This document shows, one piece after another, positions 27,401 to 41,659 of a stretch of 64,000 bases of DNA. Position 1 is the stretch's first letter; each line of letters begins with the position of its first letter. Below the pieces are notes generated by a model. It had not been told where the DNA came from, ran no database searches, and worked only from the letters and a program-made list of their open reading frames with translations. Source of the DNA: the human T2T-CHM13v2.0 reference genome, Homo sapiens; NCBI RefSeq assembly GCF_009914755.1, contig NC_060933.1; one strand, given 5' to 3'. The position numbers were made by a program, and so were the translations under genes.

Positions 27401-29030
27401 CCCGAATAGAATGGAATGGAATGGAATGGAACGGAACGGAACGGAACGGAACGGAATGGAAAGGAATGGAAAGGAATGGAATGGAATGGAATGGAATGGA
27501 ATGGAATGGAATGGAATGGAATGGAATCAACGCGAGTGCAGGGGAATGGAATGGAATGCAATGCAATGGAATGGAATCTTCCGGAATGGAATGGAATGGA
27601 ATGGAATGGAATGGAATGGAATGGAATCAACCCGAGTGCAATGGAATGGAGTGGAATGGAATGGAATGGAATGGAACAACCCGAATGGAATGGAATGTAA
27701 TGGAGACTAAGGGAGATGAATAGTATCAATCCGAATGTAATCGAATGGAATGGAACGGAATGGAATTGAATGGAATGGAATGGAATGCAATGGAATGGAA
27801 TCAACCCGAGTGCAATGGAATGGAGAGGAATGGAATGGAATGGAATGGAAACTACCCGAATGGAATGGAATGTAATGGAGTGTAAGGGAATTGAATAGAA
27901 TCAATCCGAATGTAATGGAATGGAATGGAACGAAATGGAATAGAATGGAATGGAATGGAATGGAATGCAATGGAATGGAATCAACCCGAGTGCAATCGAA
28001 TGGAATCGAATGGAATGGAATGCAATGGAATGGATTCAACTTGAATGGAATGGAAAGAATGGAATCAACACGAGTGGAAGGGCATGGATTGGAATGCAAT
28101 GGAATGGAATCAACCCGAGTACAGGGGAATGGAATGGAATGGAATGCAATGGAATGGAATCATCCGTAATGGAATGGAAAGGAATGGAATGGAATGGAAT
28201 GGAATGGAATGGAATGGAATGGAATCAACACGATTGCAATCGAATGGAATGGAATGAAATTAACCCGAATAGAATGGAATGGAATAGAATGGAACGGAAC
28301 GGAATGGAATGGAATGGAATGGAATGGAACGGAGCGGAACGGAACGGAATGGAATGGAATGGAACGGAATGGAATCAACGCGAGTGCAGGGGAATGGAAT
28401 GGAATGGAATGCAATGGAATGGAATCTTCCGGAATGGAATGGAATGGAATGGAATGAAATGCAATGGATTCAACTCGATTGCAATGGAATGGAATAGAAT
28501 GGAATGGAATTGAATGGAATGGAATTAACCCGAATAGAATGGAATGGAATGGAATGGAACGGAATGGAACGGAATGGAATGGAATGGAATGGAATGGTAT
28601 GGAATGGAATGGAATGGTACGGAATAGAATGGAATGGAACGAATTGTAATGGAATGGAATTGAATGGAATGGAATGGAATGGAATGGAATCCACGCGAGT
28701 GCAGGGGAATGTAATGGAACGGAATGCAATGGAATGGAATCATCTGGAATGGAATGGAATGGAATGGAATGGAATGGAATGGAATGGAATCAACCCGAGT
28801 GCAATGGAATAGAGTGTTATGGAATGGAATGGAATGGAACAACCCGAATGGAATGGAATGTAATGGAGAGTAAGGGAGTTGAATAGAATCAATCGGAATG
28901 GAATGGAATGGAATGCAACGGAATGGAATGGAATGGAATGGAATGGAATGGAATGGAATGCAAAGGAATGGAATCAACCCGAGTGGAATGGCATGGAATG
29001 GAATGCAATGGAATGGAATGGAATGGAATG
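24490..29030 (+). repeat. ~4.5-kb duplicated block R, copy 1 (copy 2 at ~31340-35280)
   Basis: ORF offsets of 6848/6843, then 6219-6244; shared GCAAGTCAAT, GCAGGAGAAT, CTACCCGAG, GGAGATGAATAGTATC, GAGCGGAAC and GTGTTATGG. Confidence 0.88.
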
Positions 29031-30270
29031 GAATCAACTCGATTGTAATGGAATGGAATGGAATGGAATGGAATGGAATGGAATGGAATTAACCCGAATA
29101 CAATGGAATGGAATGGAATGGAATGGAATGGAGTGGAATGGAATGGAATCAACCCGAGTGCAGGGGAATGGAATGGAATACAATGCAATGGAATGGAATC
29201 ATCCGGAATGGAATCGAATAGAATGGAATGCAAAGCAATGGAATCAACTCCATTGCAATGGAATGGAATGGAATGGAAAGGAATACATTGGAATCAACCC
29301 GAGTGGAAGGGAATGGAAAGGACTGGAATGGAGTGGAATGGAATGGAATGCAATGGAATGGAATGGAATGGAATCAACTTGATCGGAATGGAATGGAATG
29401 GAATGGAATGGAATGGAATGGAATGGAATGGAATCAACCCGACTGCAGGGGAATGGAATGGAATGGAATGCAATGGAATGGATTCAACTTGAATGGAAGG
29501 GAAAGAATGGAATCAACACGAGTGGAATGGCATGGATTGGAATGGAATGGAATGGAATCAACCCGAGTACAGGGGAATGGAATGGAATGGAATGCAATGG
29601 AATGGAATCATCCGTAATGGAATGGAAAGGAATGGAATGGAATGGAAAGGAATGGAATGGAATGGAATGGAATGGAATGGAATCAACTCGATTGCAATCG
29701 AATGGAATGGAATGGAATTAACCCGAATAGAATGGAATGGAATGGAATGGAACGGAACGGAATGGAATGGAATGGAATGGAATGGAACGGAACGGAACGG
29801 AATGGAATGGAATGGAATGGAATGGAATCAACGCGAGTGCAGGGGAATGGAATGGAATGGAATGCAATGGAATGGAATCTTCCGGAATGGAATGGAATTG
29901 AATGGAATGGAATGGAATGGTATGGAATAAACCCGAGTGCAATGGAATGCAGTGGAATGGAATGGAATGGAATGGAACAACCCGAATGGAATGGAATGTA
30001 ATGGAGAGTAAGGGAGTTGAATAGAATCTATCCGAATGTAATGGAATGGAATGGAACGGAATTGAATGGAATGGAATGGAATGGAATGCAAAGGAATGGA
30101 ATCAACCCGAGTTCAATGAAATGGAGAGGAATGGAATGGAATGGAATGGAAACTACCCGAATGGAATGGAATGTAATGGAGTGTAAGGGAATTGAATAGA
30201 ATCAATCCGAATGTAATGGAATGGAATAGAACGGAATGGAATGGAATGGAATGGAATGGAATGGAATGGA
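29030..30270 (+). repeat. Duplicated block P, copy 2
   Basis: Near-identical to ~21765-22995. Confidence 0.87.
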
Positions 30271-31339
30271 ATGGAATGCAATTAATCCGAATAGAATGGA
30301 ATGGAATGGAATGGAACGGAATGGAACGGAATGGAATGGGACGGAATGGAATGGAATGGTATGGAATGGAATGGAATGGTACGGAATAGAATGGAATGGA
30401 ACGAATTGTAATGGAATGGAATTGAATGTAATGGAATGGAATGGAATGGAATCAACGCGAGTGCAGGGGAATGTAATGGAACGGAATGCAATGGAATGGA
30501 ATCATCCGGAATGGAATTGAATGGAATGGAATGGAATGGAATCAACCCGAGTGCAATGGAATGGAGTGGAATGGAATGGAATGGAATGGAACAACCCGAA
30601 TGGAATGGAATGTAATGGAGAGTAAGGGAGTTGAATAGAATCAATCCGAATGTAATGGAATGGAATGCAACGGAATGGAATGGAATGGAATGGAATGGAA
30701 TGCAACGGAATGGAATCAACCCGAGTACAATGGAATGGAATGGAATGGAATGGAATGGAATGGAATGGAATGGAATGGAATGATACGGAATAGAATGGAA
30801 TGGAACGAAATGGAATTGAATGGAAAGGAATGGAATGGAATGGAATGGAATCGTTCCGAGTGGAATAGGAGGGAATGTATTCGACTGGAATGGAAAGGAA
30901 TGGAATCAACCAGAGTGGAATGGAAGGGAATGGAATGGAATGGAAACTAATAGAATGGAATCAACCCGAGTGGAATGGAATGGAAAGGACTGGAATGGAA
31001 TGGAATGGAATGGAATCAACTCGATTGTAATGGAATGGAATGGAATGGAATGGAATGGAATGGAATGGAATGGAATCAACCCGATTGCAATCGAATGGAA
31101 TGGAATGGAATTAACCCGAATAGAATGGAATGGAATGGAATGGAACGGAACGGAACGGAATGGAATGGAATGGAATGGTATGGAATGGAATGGAATGGTA
31201 CGGAATAGAATGGAATGGAACGAATTGTAATGGAATGGAATTGAATGGAATGGAATGGAATGGAATGGAATGGAATCAACGTGAGTGCAGGGGAATGTAA
31301 TGGAACGGAATGCAATGGAATGGAATCATCCGGAATGGA

Positions 31340-34300
31340 ATGGAATGGAATGGAATGGAATGGAATGGAATGGAATGGAATGCAAAGGAATGGAATCAAC
31401 CCGAGTGGAATGGCATGGAATGGAATGCAATGGATTGGAATGGAATGGAATCAACTCGAGTGGAAAGGAATGGAATGGAATGGAAAGGAATGGAATGAAT
31501 TCAACTCGAGTGGAATGGAATGGAATGGATTGGAATGGATTGCAATGGAATGAAATGGAATGGAATGGAATGGAATCAATCATTCCGAGTGGAATGGAAG
31601 GGAATGTAATGGAGTGGAAAGAAGGGAATGGAATCAACCCGATTGGAATGCAAGGCAATGGAATGGAATGGAAAGGAATGGAATGGAATCAATCATGGAA
31701 GGGAATGTAATGGAGTGGAAAGAAGGGAATGGAATCAACCCGAGTGGAATGCAAGTCAATGGAATGGAATGAAAGGAATGGAATGGAATCAACTCGATTG
31801 CAATGGAATGGAATGGAATGGAATGGAATGGAATGGAATTAACCGGAATAGAATGGAATGGAATGGAATGGAACGGAATGGAATGGAATGGAAGGGAATG
31901 GAATCAACACGAGTGCAGGAGAATGGAATGGAATGGAATGCAATGGAATGGAATCATCCGGAATGGAATGGAATGGAATGGAATCAACTCCATTGCAATG
32001 GAATGGAATGGAATGGAATGGAATAGAATGGAATGGAATTAACCCGAATAGAATGGAATGCAATAGAATGGAATGCAACGGAACCGAATGGAGTGGAATG
32101 GAATGGAATGGAATCTACCCGAGTACAGGGGAATGGAATGGAATGGAATGCAATGGAAAGGAATCATCCGGAATGGAATGGAATGGAATGGAATGGAATG
32201 GAATGGAATGGAATGGAATCAACCCGACTGCAGGGGAATGGAATGGAATGGAATGCAATGGAATGGATTCAACTTGAATGGAATGGAAAGAATGGAATCA
32301 ACAAGAGTGGAATGGCATGGATTGGAATGGAATGGAATGGAATGGAATCAACCCGAGTACAGGGGAATGGAATGGAATGGAATGCAATGGAATGGAATCA
32401 TCCGTAATGGAATGGAAAGGAATGGAATGGAATGGAATGGAATGGAATCAACTCGATTGCAATCGAATGGAATGGAATGGAATTAACCCGAATAGAATGG
32501 AATGGAATGGAACGGAACGGAATGGAATGGAATGGAATGCAATGGAACGGAACGGAATGGAATGGAATGCAATGGAATGGAATCAACTTGAATGGAATGG
32601 AAAGAATGGAAACAACACGAGTGGAATGGCATGGATTGGAATGGAATGGAATGGAATCAACCCGAGTACAGGGGAATGGAATGGAATGGAATGCAATGGA
32701 ATGGAATCATCCGTAATGGAATGGAAAGGAATGGAATGGAATGGAATGGAATGGAATGGAATCAACTCGATTGCAATCGAATGGAATGGAATGGAATTAA
32801 TCCGAATAGAAAGGAATGCAATGGAATGGAACGGAACGGAATGGAATGGAATGGAATGGAATGGAATGGAACGGAATGGAATGGAATGGAATGGAATGGA
32901 ATCAACTCGATTGTAATGGAATGGAATGGAATGGAATGGAATGGAATGGAATTAACCCGAATACAATGGAATGGAATGGAATGGAACGGAATGGAGTGGA
33001 ATGCAATGGAATCAACACGAGTGCAGGGGAATGGAATGGAATGGAATGCAATGGAATGGAATCATCCGGAATGGAATGGAATGGAATGGAATGCAAAGCA
33101 ATGGAATCAACTCGATTGCAATGGAATGGAATGGAACGGAAAGGAATACATTGGAATCAACCCGAGTGGAATGGAATGGAAAGGACTGGAATGGAGTGGA
33201 ATGGAATGGAATGGAATGGAATGGAATCAACTCGATTGGAATGGAATGGAATGGAATGGAATGGAATGGAATTAACCCGAGTAGAAAGGAATGGAATGCA
33301 ATGGAATGGAACGGAACGGAATGGAATGGAATGGAATGGAATGGAATGGAATGGAATCAACCCGACTGCAGGGGAATGGAATGGAATGGAATGCAATGGA
33401 ATGGATTCAACTTGAATGGAATGGAAAGAATGGAATCAACACGAGTGGAATGGCATGGATTGGAATGGAATGGAATGGAATCAACCCGAGTACAGGGGAA
33501 TGGAATGGAATGCAATGCAATGGAATGGAATCATCCGTAATGGAATGGAAAGGAATGGAATGGAATGGAATGGAATGGAATGGAATGGAATGGAATCAAC
33601 TCGATTGCAATCGAATGGAATGGAATGGAATTAACCCGAATAGAATGGAATGGAATGGAATGGAACGGAACGGAACGGAACGGAACGGAACGGAACGGAA
33701 CGGAAAGGAATGGAATGGAATGGAATGGAATGGAATGGAATGGAATGGAATGGAATGGAATCAACGCGAGTGCAGGGGAATGGAATGGAATGGAATGCAA
33801 TGGAATGGAATCTTCCGGAATGGAATGGAATGGAATGGAATGGAATGGAATGGAATCAACCCGAGTGCAATGGAATGGAGTGGAATGGAATGGAATGGAA
33901 TGGAACAACCCGAATGGAATGGAATGTAATGGAGACTAAGGGAGATGAATAGTATCAATCCGAATGTAATCGAATGGAATGGAACGGAATGGAATTGAAT
34001 GGAATGGAATGGAATGCAATGGAATGGAATCAACCCGAGTACAATGGAATGGAGAGGAATGGAATGGAATGGAATGGAAACTACCCGAATGGAATGGAAT
34101 GTAATGGAGTGTAAGGGAATTGAATAGAATCAATCCGAATGTAATGGAATGGAATGGAACGGAATGGAATGGAATGGAATGGAATGCAATGGAATGGAAT
34201 CAACCCGAGTGCAATCGAATGGAATCGAATGGAATGGAATGCAATGGAATGGATTCAACTTGAATGGAATGGAAAGAATGGAATCAACACGAGTGGAAGG

Positions 34301-35280
34301 GCATGGATTGGAATGCAATGGAATGGAATCAACCCGAGTACAGGGGAATGGAATGGAATGGAATGCAATGGAATGGAATCATCCGTAATGGAATGGAAAG
34401 GAATGGAATGGAATGGAATGGAATGGAATGGAATGGAATGGAATGGAATGGAATCAACACGATTGCAATCGAATGGAATGGAATGAAATTAACCCGAATA
34501 GAATGGAATGGAATGGAATGGAACGGAACGGAATGGAATGGAATGGAATGGAATGGAACGGAGCGGAACGGAACGGAATGGAATGGAATGGAACGGAATG
34601 GAATCAACGCGAGTGCAGGGGAATGGAATGGAATGGAATGCAATGGAATGGAATCTTCCGGAATGGAATGTAATGGAATGGAATGAAATGCAATGGATTC
34701 AACTCGATTGCAATGGAATGGAATAGAATGGAATGGAATTGAATGGAATGGAATTAACCCGAATAGAATGGAATGGAATGGAATGGAACGGAATGGAACG
34801 GAATGGAATGGAATGGAATGGAATGGAATGGAATGGAATGGTATGGAATGGAATGGAATGGTACGGAATAGAATGGAATGGAACGAATTGTAATGGAATG
34901 GAATTGAATGGAATGGAATGGAATGGAATGGAATCAACGCGAGTGCAGGGGAATGTAATGGAAAGGAATGCAATGGAATGGAATCATCCGGAATGGAATG
35001 GAATGGAATGGAATGGAATGGAATGGAATCAACCCGAGTGCAATGGAATGGAGTGTTATGGAATGGAATGGAATGGAACAACCCGAATGGAATGGAATGT
35101 AATGGAGAGTAAGGGAGTTGAATAGAATCAATCGGAATGTAATGGAATGGAATGCAACGGAATGGAATGGAATGGAATGGAATGGAATGGAATGGAATGG
35201 AATGCAAAGGAATGGAATCAACCCGAGTGGAATGGCATGGAATGGAATGCAATGGAATGGAATGGAATGGAATCAACTCG
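31340..35280 (+). repeat. Duplicated block R, copy 2, lacking ~0.6 kb (equivalent of ~26045-26650)
   Basis: The offset to copy 1 drops from ~6833 to 6239 near position 32890. Confidence 0.86.
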
Positions 35281-38200
35281 AATGGAAAGGAATGGAATGG
35301 AATGGAAAGAGATGGAATGAAATCAACTCGAGTGGAATGAAATGGAATGGATTGGAATGGATTGCAATGGAATGAAATGGAATGGAATGGAATGGAATGG
35401 AATGGAATGCAATGGAATGGAATCATCCGGAATGGAATGGAATGGAATGGAATCAACTCCATTGCAATGGAATGGAATGGAATGGAATGGAATAGAATGG
35501 AATGGAATTAACCCAAATAGAATGGAATGCAATAGAATGGAATGGAACGGAACCGAATGGAATGGAATGGAATGGAATGGAATCAAACCGAGTGCAATGG
35601 AATGGAGTGGAATGGAATGGAATGGAATGGAACAACCCGAATGGAATGTAATGTAATGGAGACTAAGGGAGATGAATAGTATCAATCCGAATGTAATGGA
35701 ATGGAATGGAACGGAATGGAATTGAATGGAATGGAATGGAATGCAATGGAATGGAATGAACCCGAGTGCAATGGAATGGAGAGGAATGGAATGGAATGGA
35801 ATGGAAACTACCCGAATGGAATGGAATGTAATGGAGTGTAAGGGAATTGAATAGAATCAATCCGAATGTAATGGAATGGAATGAAACGGAATGGAACGGA
35901 ATGGAATGGAATGGAATGGAATGCAATGGAATGGAATCAACCCGAGTGCAATCGAATGGAATCGAATGGAATGGAATGCAATGGAATGGATTCAACTTGA
36001 ATGGAATGGAAAGAATGGAATCAACACGAGTGGAAGGGCATGGATTGGAATGCAATGGAATGGAATCAACCCGAGTACAAGGGAATGGAATGGAATGGAA
36101 TGCAATGGAATGGAATCATCCGTAATGGAATGGAAAGGAATGGAATGGAATGGAATGGAATGGAATGGAATGGAATGGAATCAACTCGATTGCAATCGAA
36201 TGGAATGGAATGGAATTAACCCGAATAGAATGGAATGGAATGGAATGGAACGTAACGGAACGGAATGGAATGGAATGGAATGGAATCGAATGGAATGGAA
36301 TGGAATGGAATCAACCCGAGTGGAATGGCATGGAATGGAATGCAATGGAATGGAATGGAATGGAATGGCATGGTTCGGAATAGAATGGATTGGAACAAAA
36401 TGGAATGGAATGGAATGGAATGGAATGGAATGGAATGGAATAGAATGGAATGGAATGGAATCAAGTCGATTGCAGTGGAATAGAATGGAATGGAATGGAA
36501 CGGATTGGAATGGAATGGAATGGAATGGAATGGAATGGAATTAAATGGAATGGAAAGGCATGGAATCAACCCGAGTGCAGGGGAAAGGAATGGAATGGAA
36601 TGCAATGGAATGGAATGGAATGGAATGGAATGTAATGGAATGGAATCAACCAGAGTGGAATGGCATGGAATGGAATGCAATGGAATGGAATGGAATGGAA
36701 TCAACTCGAGTGGAAACGAATGGAATGGAATGGAAAGGAATGGAATGAAATCAACTCGAGTGGAATGGAATATAATGGAATGGATTGGAATGGATTGTAA
36801 TGGAATGAAATGGAATGGAATGGAATGGAATCAATCATTCCGAGTGGAATGGAAGGGAATGTAATGGAGTGGAAAGAAGGGAATGGAATCAACCCGAGTG
36901 GAATTCAAGGCAATGGAATGGAATGGAAAGGAATGGAATGGAATCAACTCGATTGCAATGGAATGGAATAGAATGGAATGGAATGGAAAGGAATGGAATG
37001 GAATGAAATGGGATGGAATGGAATGCAATGGAATGGAATCAACCCGAGTGCAATCGAATGGAATCGAATGGAATGGAATGCAATGGAATGGATTCAACTT
37101 GAATGGAATGGAAAGAATGGAATCAACACGAGTGGAATGGCATGGATTGGAATGGAATGGAATGGAATCAACCCGAGTACAGGGGAATGGAATGGAATGG
37201 AATGCAATGGAATGGAATCATCCGTAATGGAATGGAAAGGAATGGAATGGAATGGAATGGAATGGAATGGAATGGAATCAACTCAATTGCAATCGAATGG
37301 AATGGAATGCAATTAACCCGAATAGAATGGAATGGAATGGAATGGAACGGAACGGAACGGAACGGAATGGAATGGAATGGATTGGAATGGAACGGAAAGG
37401 AATGGAATGGAATGGAATGGAATGGAATGGAATGGAATCAACGCGAGTGCAGGGGAATGGAATGTAATGGAATGTAATGGAATGGAATCTTCCGGAATGG
37501 AATGGAATGGAAAGGAATCAACCCGAGTGCAATGGAATGGAGTGGAATGGAATGGAATGGAATGAAACAACCCGAATGGAATGGAATGTAATGGAGAGTA
37601 AGGGAGTTGAATAGAATCAATCCGAATGTAATGGAATGGAATGCAACGGAATGGAATGGAATGGAATGGAATGGAATGGAATGGAATGGAATGGAATGGA
37701 ATGGAATGCAAAGGAATGGAATCAACCCGAGTGGAATGGCATGGAATGGAATGCAATGGATTGGAATGGAATGGAATCAACTCGAGTGGAAAGGAATGGA
37801 ATGGAATGGAAAGGAATGGAATGGAATGGAAATGAATGGAATGAAGTCAACTCGAGTGGAATGGAATGGAATGGAATGGATTGGAATGGATTGCAATGGA
37901 ATGCAATGGAATGGAATGGAATGGAATCAATCATGGAAGGGAAAGTAATGGAGTGGAAAGAAGGGAATGGAATCAACCCGAGTGGAATGCAAGGCAATGG
38001 AATGGAATGGAAAGGAATGGAATGGAATCAACTCGATTGCAATGGAATGGAATGGAATGGAATGGAATGGAATGGAATTAACCGGAAGAGAATGGAATGG
38101 AATGGAATGGAACGGAATGGAATGGAATGGAAGGGAATGGAATCAACACGAGTGCAGGGGAATGGAATGTAATGGAATGCAATGGAATGGAATCATCCGG

Positions 38201-41200
38201 AATGGAATGGGATGGAATGGAATCAACTCCATTGCAATGGAATGGAATGGAATGGAATGGAATAGAATGGAATGGAATTAACCCGAATAGAATGGAATGC
38301 AATAGAATGGAATGCAACAGAACCGAATGGAGTGGAATGGAATGGAATGGAATCAACCCGAGTAGAGGGGAATGGAATGGAATGCAATGGAATGGAATGG
38401 AATGGAATGGAATGGAATGGAATGGAATGCAATGGAATGGAATCAACCCGAGTGCAATCTAATGGAATCGAATGGAATGGAATGCAATGGAATGGATTCA
38501 ACTTGAATGGAATGGAAAGAATGGAATCAACACGAGTGGAAGGGCATGGATTGGAATGCAATGGAATAGAATCAACCCGAGTACAGGGGAATGGAATGGA
38601 ATGGAATGCAATGGAAAGGAATCATCCGTAATGGAATGGAAAGGAATGGAATGGAATGGAATGGAATCAACCCGAGTTCAATGCAATGGAATGGAATGGA
38701 ATGGAATGGAATGGAATGGAATGGAATGGTATGGAATGGAATGGAATGGTACGGAATAAAATGGAATGGAACGAATTGTAATGGAATGGAATGGAATGGA
38801 ATGGAATGGAATGGAATGGAATGGAATGGAATGGAATCAACGCGAGTGCAAGGGAATGCAATGGAACGGAATGCAATGGAATGGAATCATCCGGAATGGA
38901 ATGGAATGGAATGGAATGGAATCAACCCGAATGCAATGGAATGGAGTGGAATGGAATGGAATGGAATGGAACAACCCGAATGGAATGGAATGTAATGGAG
39001 AGTAAGGGAGTTGAAAAGAATCAATCCGAATGTAATGGAATGGAATGCAACGGAATGGAATGGAATGGAATGGAATGGAATGGAATGGAATGCAATGGAA
39101 TGGAATCAACCCGAGTTCAATGCAATGGAATGGAATGGAATGGAATGGAAAGGAATGGAATGGAATGGAATGGAATGGAGTGGAATTGAATGGAATGGAA
39201 TGCTTTCAAACCGAATGGAATGGAAAGGAATGGAATCAACACGGGTGGAATGGAATGGAATGGAAAGGAATGGAATGGAATGGAATGGTACGGAATACAA
39301 TGGAATGGAACGAAATGGAATGGAATGGAATGGAATGGAATGGAATGGAATAGAATCGTTCCGAGTGGAATAGGAGGGAATGTATTCGAGTGGAATGGCA
39401 GGGAATGGAATCAACCAGAGTGGAATAGAAGGGAATGGAATGGAATGGAAACTAATAGAATGGAATCAACCCGAGTGGAATGGAATGGAAAGGACTGGAA
39501 TGGAATGGAATGGAATGGAATGGAATGGAATGGAATCAACTCGATTGTAATGGATTGGAATGCAATGGAATGGAATGGAATGGAATGGAATGGAATTAAC
39601 CCGAATAAAACGGAATGGAATGGAATGGAATGGAATGGAGTGGAATGGAATGGAATCAACCCGAGTGCAGGGGAATGGAATGGAATGAAATGCAATGGAA
39701 TGGAATCATCCGGAATGGAATGGAATGGAATGGAATGCAAAGCAATGGAATCAACTCGATTGCAATGGAATGGAATGGAATGGAAAGGAATACATTGGAA
39801 TCAACCCGAGTGGAATGGAATGGAAAGGACTGGAATGGAGTGGAATGGAATGGAATGGAATGGAATGGAATGGAATCAACTCGATTGGAATGGAATGGAA
39901 TGGAATGGAATGGAATGGAATGGAATGGAATCAACCCGACTGAAGGGGAATGGAATGGAATGGAATGCAATGGAATGGATTCAACTTGAATGGAATGGAA
40001 AGAATGGAATCAACACGAGTGGAATGGCATGGAATGGAATGGAATGGAATGGAAACAACCCGAGTACAGGGGAATGGAATGGAATGGAATGCAATGGAAT
40101 GGAATCATCCGTAATGGAATGGAAAGGAATGGAATGGAATGGAATGGAATGGAATGGAATGGAATGGAATGGAATTAACCCGAATAGAATGGAATGGAAT
40201 GGAATGGAACGGAATGGAACGGAATGGAATGGAACGGAATGGAATGGAACGGAACGGAACGGAACGGAATGGAATGGAATGAAATGGAATGTATTGGAAC
40301 GGAAAGGAATGGAATGGAACGGAATGGAATGGAATGGAATGGAATGGAATCAACGCGAGTGCAGGGGAATGGAATGTAATGGAATGCAATGGAATGGAAT
40401 CTTCCGCAATGGAATGGAATGGAATGGAATGGAATCAACCCGAGTGCAATGGAATGGAGTGGAATGGAATGGAATGGAATGGAACAACCCGAAAGGAATG
40501 CAATGGAATGGAGAGTAAGGGAGTTGAATAGAATCAATCCGAATGTAATTGAATGGAATGCAACGGAATGGAATGGAATGGAATGGAATGGAATGCAATG
40601 GAATGGAATCAACCCGAGTACAATGGAATGGAATGGAATGGAATGGAATGGAATGGAATGGAATGGAATGGAATGGTATGGAATGGAATGGAATGGATTC
40701 AACTTGAATGGAATGGAAAGAATGGAATCAACACGAGTGGAATGGCATGGATTGGAATGGAATGGAATGGAATCAACCCGATTACAGGGGAATGGAATGG
40801 AATGGAATGCAATGGAATGGAATCATCCGTAATGGAATGGAAAAGAATGGAATGGAATGGAATGGAATGGAATGGAATCAACTCGATTGCAATCGAATGG
40901 AATGGAATGGAATTAACCCAAATGGAATGGAATGGAATGGAATGGAATGGAACGGAACGAAATGGAATGGAATGGAATGGAATGGAACGGAACGGAACGG
41001 AATGGAATGGAATGGAATGGAATGGAATCAATGCGAGTGCAGGGGATTGGAATGGAATGGAATGCAATGGAATGGAATCTTCCGGAATGGAATGGAATGG
41101 AATGGAATGGAATGGAATGGAATGAAATGCAATGGATTCAACTCGATTGCAATGGAATGGAATAGAATGGAATGGAATGGAATGGAATGGAATGAACCCG

Positions 41201-41659
41201 AATAGAATGGAATGGAATGCAATGCAACGGAATGGAACGGAATGGAATGGAATGGAATGAAATGGAATGGTATGGAATGGAATGGAATGGTACGGAATAG
41301 AATGGAATGGAACGAATTGTAATGGAATGGAATTGAATGGAATGGAATGGAATCAACGCGAGTGCAGGGGAATGTAATGGAACGGAATGCAATGGAATGG
41401 AATCATCCGGAATGGAATGGAATGGAATGGAATGGAATGGAATGGAATCAACCCGAGTGCAATGGAATGGAGTGGAATGGAAGGGAATGGAATGGAAAAC
41501 ACGAATGGAATGGAATGTAATGGAGAGTAAGGGAGTTGAATAGAATCAATCTGAATGTAATGGAATGCAACGGAATGGAATGGAATGGAATGGAATGGAA
41601 TGCAATGGAATGGAATCAACCCGAGTACAATGGAATGGAATGGAATGGAATGGAATGGA

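Noticed and set aside
34329-35462. Longest - strand ORF (377 aa) and other poly-IPFHS ORFs
   Set aside because: Same artefact from (CATTC)n.
39190-40518. Longest + strand ORF (442 aa) and all other poly-MEWNG ORFs
   Set aside because: (GGAAT)n has an ATG every 5 nt and no stop in any frame, so long overlapping ORFs are expected. There is no domain content. WNGME repeat peptide is known from SCA31 expansions, but nothing here indicates translation.
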